Below the pieces are notes generated by a model. The model did no database searches, had not been told where the DNA came from, and saw only the letters and a program-made list of their open reading frames with translations. Made by a program: the position numbers and the translations under genes. DNA of 64,000 nucleotides from Malacoraja senta (lineage: Eukaryota), in assembly GCA_038087875.1 (NCBI GenBank), contig CM075989.1:22384001-22448000 (forward strand). The letters are read 5' to 3'. Of this stretch, positions 59,837-64,000 are shown piece after piece; position 1 is the stretch's first letter; every line of letters starts with the position of its first letter.

Positions 59837-62800
59837 CATAGATACATAGAAAATAGGTGCAGGAGTAGGCCATTCGGCCTTTCGAGCCTGCACCGCCATT
59901 CAATATGATCATGGCTGATCATCCAACTCAGTATCCCGTACCTGCCTTCTCTCCATACCCCATGATCCCTTTAGCCACAAGGGCCACATCTAACTCCCTC
60001 TTAAATATAGCCAATGAACTGGCCTCAACTACCCTCTGTGGCAGAGAGTTCCAGAGATTCACCACTCTCTGTGTGAAAAAGTTTTTCCTCATCTCGGTCT
60101 TAAAGGATTTCCCCCTTATCCTTAAGCTGTGACCCCTTGTCCTGGACTTCCCCAACATCGGGAACAATCTTCCTGCATCTAGCCTGTCCTACCCCATAAG
60201 AATTTTGTACGTTTCTATAAGATCCCCTCTCAATCTCCTAAATTCTATCGAGTATAAGCCAAGTCTACCCAGTCTTTCTTCATATGAAAGTCCTGACATC
60301 CCAGGAATGAGTCTGGTGAACCTTCTCTGCATTCCCTCTATGGCTATAATGTCCTTCCTCAGATTTGGAGATCAAAACTGTACGCAATACTCCAGGTGTG
60401 GTCTCACCAAGACCCTGTACAACTGCAGTAGAACCTCCCTGCTCCTATACTCAAATCCTTTTGCTATGAAAGCTAACATACCATTCGCTTTCTTCACTGC
60501 CTGCCACACCTGCATGCCTACTTTCAATGACTGGTGTACCATGACACCCAGGTCTCGCTGCATCTCCCCATTTCCTAATCGGCCACCATTTAGATAATAG
60601 TCTGCTTTCCTGTTTTTGCCACCAAAGTGGATAACCTCACATTTATCCACATTATACTGCATCTGCCAAACATTTGCCCACTCACCCAGCCTATCCAAGT
60701 CACCTTGCAGTCTCCTAGCATCCTCCTCACAGCTAACACTGCCCCCCAGCTTAGTGTCATCCGCAAACTTGGAGATGTTGCCTTCAATTCCCTCATCCAG
60801 TTCATTAATATAAATTGTAAATAGCTGGGGTCCCAGCACTGAACCTTGCGGTACCCCACTAGTCACTGCCTGCCATTCTGAAAAGGACCTGTTTACTCCT
60901 ACTCTTTGCTTCCTGTTTGCCAGCCAGTTCTCTATCCACATCAATACTGAACCCCCAATACCGTGTGCTTTAAGTTTGTATACTAATCTCTTATGTGGTA
61001 CCTTGTCGAAAGCCTTCTGAAAGTCCAGATACAACACATCCACTAGTTCTCCCCTATCCACTCTACTAGTTACATCCTCGAAAAATTCTATAAGATTCGT
61101 CAGACACGATTTACCTTTTGTAAATCCATGCTGACTTTGTCCAATGATTTCACCACTTTCCAAATGTGCTGCTATCCCATCTTTAATAACTGACTCTAGC
61201 AGTTTCCCCACTACCGATGTTAGACTAACTGGTCTGTAAATCCCCGTTTTCTCTCTCCCTCCCTTCTTAAAAAGTGGGGTTACGTTTGCTACCCTCCAAT
61301 CCTCAGGAACTACTCCAGAATCTAAAGAGTTTTGAAAAATTATCACTAATGCATCCACTATTTCTGGAGCTACTTCCTTAAGTACTCTGGGATGCAGCCT
61401 ATTTGGCCCTGGTGATTTATCGGCCTTTAATCCATTCAATTTACCCAACACCACTTCCCGACTAACATGGATTTCACTCAGTTCCTCCATCTCCTTTGAC
61501 CCGCGGCCCCCTGCTATTTCCGGCAGATTATTTATGTCTTCCTTAGTGAAGACGGAACCAAAGTAGTTATTCAATTGGTCCGCCATATCCTTGTTCCCCA
61601 TGATCAATTCACCTGTTTCTGACTGCAAGGGACGTACATTTGTTTTAACTAATCTCTTTCTCTTCACATATCTACAAAAACTTTTGCAGTCAGTTTTTAT
61701 GTTCCCTGCCAGTTTTCTTTCATAATCTATTTTCCCTTTCCTAATTAAGCCCTTTGTCCTCCTCTGCTGGTCTCTGAATTTCTCCCAGTCCTCTGGTATG
61801 CTGCTTTTTCTGGCTAATTTGTACGCATCATCTTTTGCTTTGATACTATCCCTGATTTCCCTTGTTATCCATGGATGCACTACCTTCCCTGATTTATTCT
61901 TTTGCCAACCTGGGATGAACAATTTTTGTAGTTCATCCATGCAGTCTTTAAATGCCTTCCATTGCATATCCACCGTCAACCCTTTTAGAACTAATTGCCA
62001 GTCAATCTTGGCCAATTCACGTCTCATACCCTCAAAGTTACCTTTCTTTAAGTTCAGAACCGTTGTTTCTGAATTAACAATGTCACTCTCCATCCTAATG
62101 AAGAACTCAACCATATTATGGTCACTCTTGCCCAAGGGGGCACGCACAACAAGACTGTTAACTAACCCTTCCTCATTACTCAATACCCAGTCTAGAATAG
62201 CCTGCTCTCTCGTTGGTTCCTCTACATGTTGGTTTAGATAACTATCCCGCATACATTCCAAGAAATCCTCTTCCTCAGCACCCCTGCCAATTTGATTCAG
62301 CCAATCTATATGTAGATTGAAGTCACCCATTATAACTGTTTTGCCTTTGTTGCACGCATTTCTAATTTCCTGTTTGATGCCATCCCCAACTTCACTACTA
62401 CTGCTAGGTGGCCTGTACACAACACCCACCAGCGTTTTCTGCCCCTTAGTGTTTCGCAGCTCTACCCATACCGATTCCACATCCTCCAAGCTAATGTCCT
62501 TCCTTTCCACTGCGTTAATCTCCTCTCTAACCAGCAACGCTACCCCACCTCCTTTTCCTTTCTCTATATCCCTCCTGAATATTGAATATCCCTGGATGTT
62601 CAGCTCCCAGCCTTGGTCACCCTGGAGCCATGTCTCCGTGATCCCAACTATATCATAATCATTAATAGCTATCTGCACGTTCAACTCATCCACCTTATTA
62701 CGAATGCTCCTTGCATTGAGACACAAAGCCTTCAGGCTTGTTTTTACAACGCTCTTACCCCTTATACAATTATGTTGAAAAGTGGCCCTTTTTGATTTTT

Positions 62801-63064
62801 GCCCTGGATTTGTCTGCCTGCCACTTTTACTTTTCACCTTGCTACCTATTGCTTCTGCCCGCATTTTACACCCCTCTGTTTCTCTGCTCACCCATTTAAG
62901 AACCCCACCACCTCTTATTCTCTCTTTATTGTTTTCTTCTTCCCCCCCCTACATGTTGGGTCTGAGTGCTTTCCTTCTCTGCCTCCTGCCTCACACACTG
63001 TCTAATAGCATTCTCTATTTGAGTCCCTCCCCCCAACCATTCTAGTTTAAAGTCTCCCCAAGAC
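59837..63064 (-). mobile_element. Large, young CR1 LINE (ORF2 complete, ORF1 lost)
   Basis: ORF2 with endonuclease and RT, 3'UTR, short-repeat tail; 5' end ttggggagactttaaactag resembles the end of CR1 ORF1. Confidence 0.96.
59928..62891 (-). pseudogene. CR1 ORF2 (APE endonuclease and reverse transcriptase), two nonsense codons
   Basis: NARS, ITETW, GGGVAL, YRPP, GDFN, SDH (EN); YRPVSLTS, QHGF, DFQKAFD, GVPQGSVLGP, FADD (RT). In-frame TGA 60372-60374 and TAG 60189-60191; frame continues to 59928. Confidence 0.95.
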
Positions 63065-64000
63065 TCTTTTAAGTCTTGACTTAAAAGAGTCGATGGAGGG
63101 GGCAGTTCTGATGGGAAGGGGGATGCTGTTCCACAGTCTAGGGGCTGCAACCGCAAAGGCGCGGTCGCCCCTGAGCTTATGCCTAGACCGTGGGATATTC
63201 AGCAACCCCAAGTCGGCCGATCTGAGGGGCCTGGAGGTGGAGTGGTGGGTGAGAAGACTTTTTATGTAGGTGGGGGCAAGCCCATTGAGGGCTTTGTAGA
63301 CATGGAGGAGGATCTTGAAGTTTATACGGAACCGCACAGGAAGCCAGTGGAGAGAGGCCAGGATCGGGGTGATGTGGTCCCTTTTTCGGGTGCCCGTCAG
63401 GAGTCTCGCTGCGGCGTTTTGGACCAGTTGCAGGCGGGACAGGGAAGATTGGATGATGCCAGTGTAAAGGGAGTTGCAGTAATCTAGGCGGGAGGAGATG
63501 AATGTGTGGATGATATTTTCCAGGTCATCAAACTGGAGGAATTGTTTTATTTTAGCTATCGTCCGAAGCTGAAAGAAGCTAGCTTTTTACCACGGCATTG
63601 ACTTGTTTGTCAAATTTCAGTGCTGAGTCAAATATCACGCCAATGTTTTTGACGTGAGGTTTGAGTAGTGGGGTAAGGCTTCCAAGGCTGCCTGCTATCA
63701 CTTTGATTGAGTCCGAGGGGCCGAGAAGGATGACCTCAGTCTTACTCTTGTTTAGTTGGATGAAGTTCTGGGCCATCCAACACTTTATATCCTCGAGGCA
63801 GTGGGTAAAGTTAAACAGATTTGATTGGTCTTTGGGCTTCAGGGGGAGATAGAGTTGTGTATCGTCTGCGTAGCAATGCAAGGAAATGCCGTGCCTTTCA
63901 ATGACTTGGCCTAAGGGGAGCATATACAGGGAGAAGAGAATGGGGCCAAGGATGGAACCTTGTGGAACCCCACAGCAGAGATTAGCTGGGGAGGAGAAAG
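63065..64000 (-). mobile_element. L2-clade LINE RT/C-terminal region (continues beyond window)
   Basis: GVPQGSILGP, HCYADDTQLY, SRLDYCNSL, LQLVQNAAAR, HITP.L..LHWLPV..RI.FK, RAF..AAPRLWN; +1 frameshift near 63585. Confidence 0.93.

Noticed and set aside
60205..63852. Plus-strand ORFs over the CR1 and L2
   Set aside because: Antisense shadows of the minus-strand RT ORFs.

Overview
Eukaryotic (vertebrate) non-genic DNA, most likely from a cartilaginous fish (elasmobranch, probably skate/ray); this is inferred from the HE1-like V-SINE and the CR1/Rex/L1/L2 repeat mix. I could not support any host protein-coding gene: the window looks intronic or intergenic and is densely packed with retroelement debris. 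It holds about 25 tRNA-headed V-SINEs, about 25 CR1 3' fragments, a nearly complete CR1 ORF2 (59.8-63.1 kb) nested in an L2 element, three L1 3' fragments, Rex1/Babar fragments and about 40 short Penelope-like (PLE) pseudo-LTR units, plus a 200-N assembly gap. The most interesting signal is that the PLE units carry a minimal type I hammerhead ribozyme motif (CTGAAGA-A-GGGT-CTCG-ACCC-GAAA-CG-TC). These units occur linked to GIY-YIG remnants, as inverted pairs, and as solo ~100-140 bp insertions with apparent target-site duplications. Other oddities are two arrays of 10-bp units each containing a 5' splice-site/U1-complementary motif (CAG|GTAA), a perfect 146-bp (TA)n-centred palindrome, and several local templated or inverted duplications. 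Repeat boundaries were read by eye and are approximate (about +/-10-20 bp). Family names come from motif recognition, not database searches.
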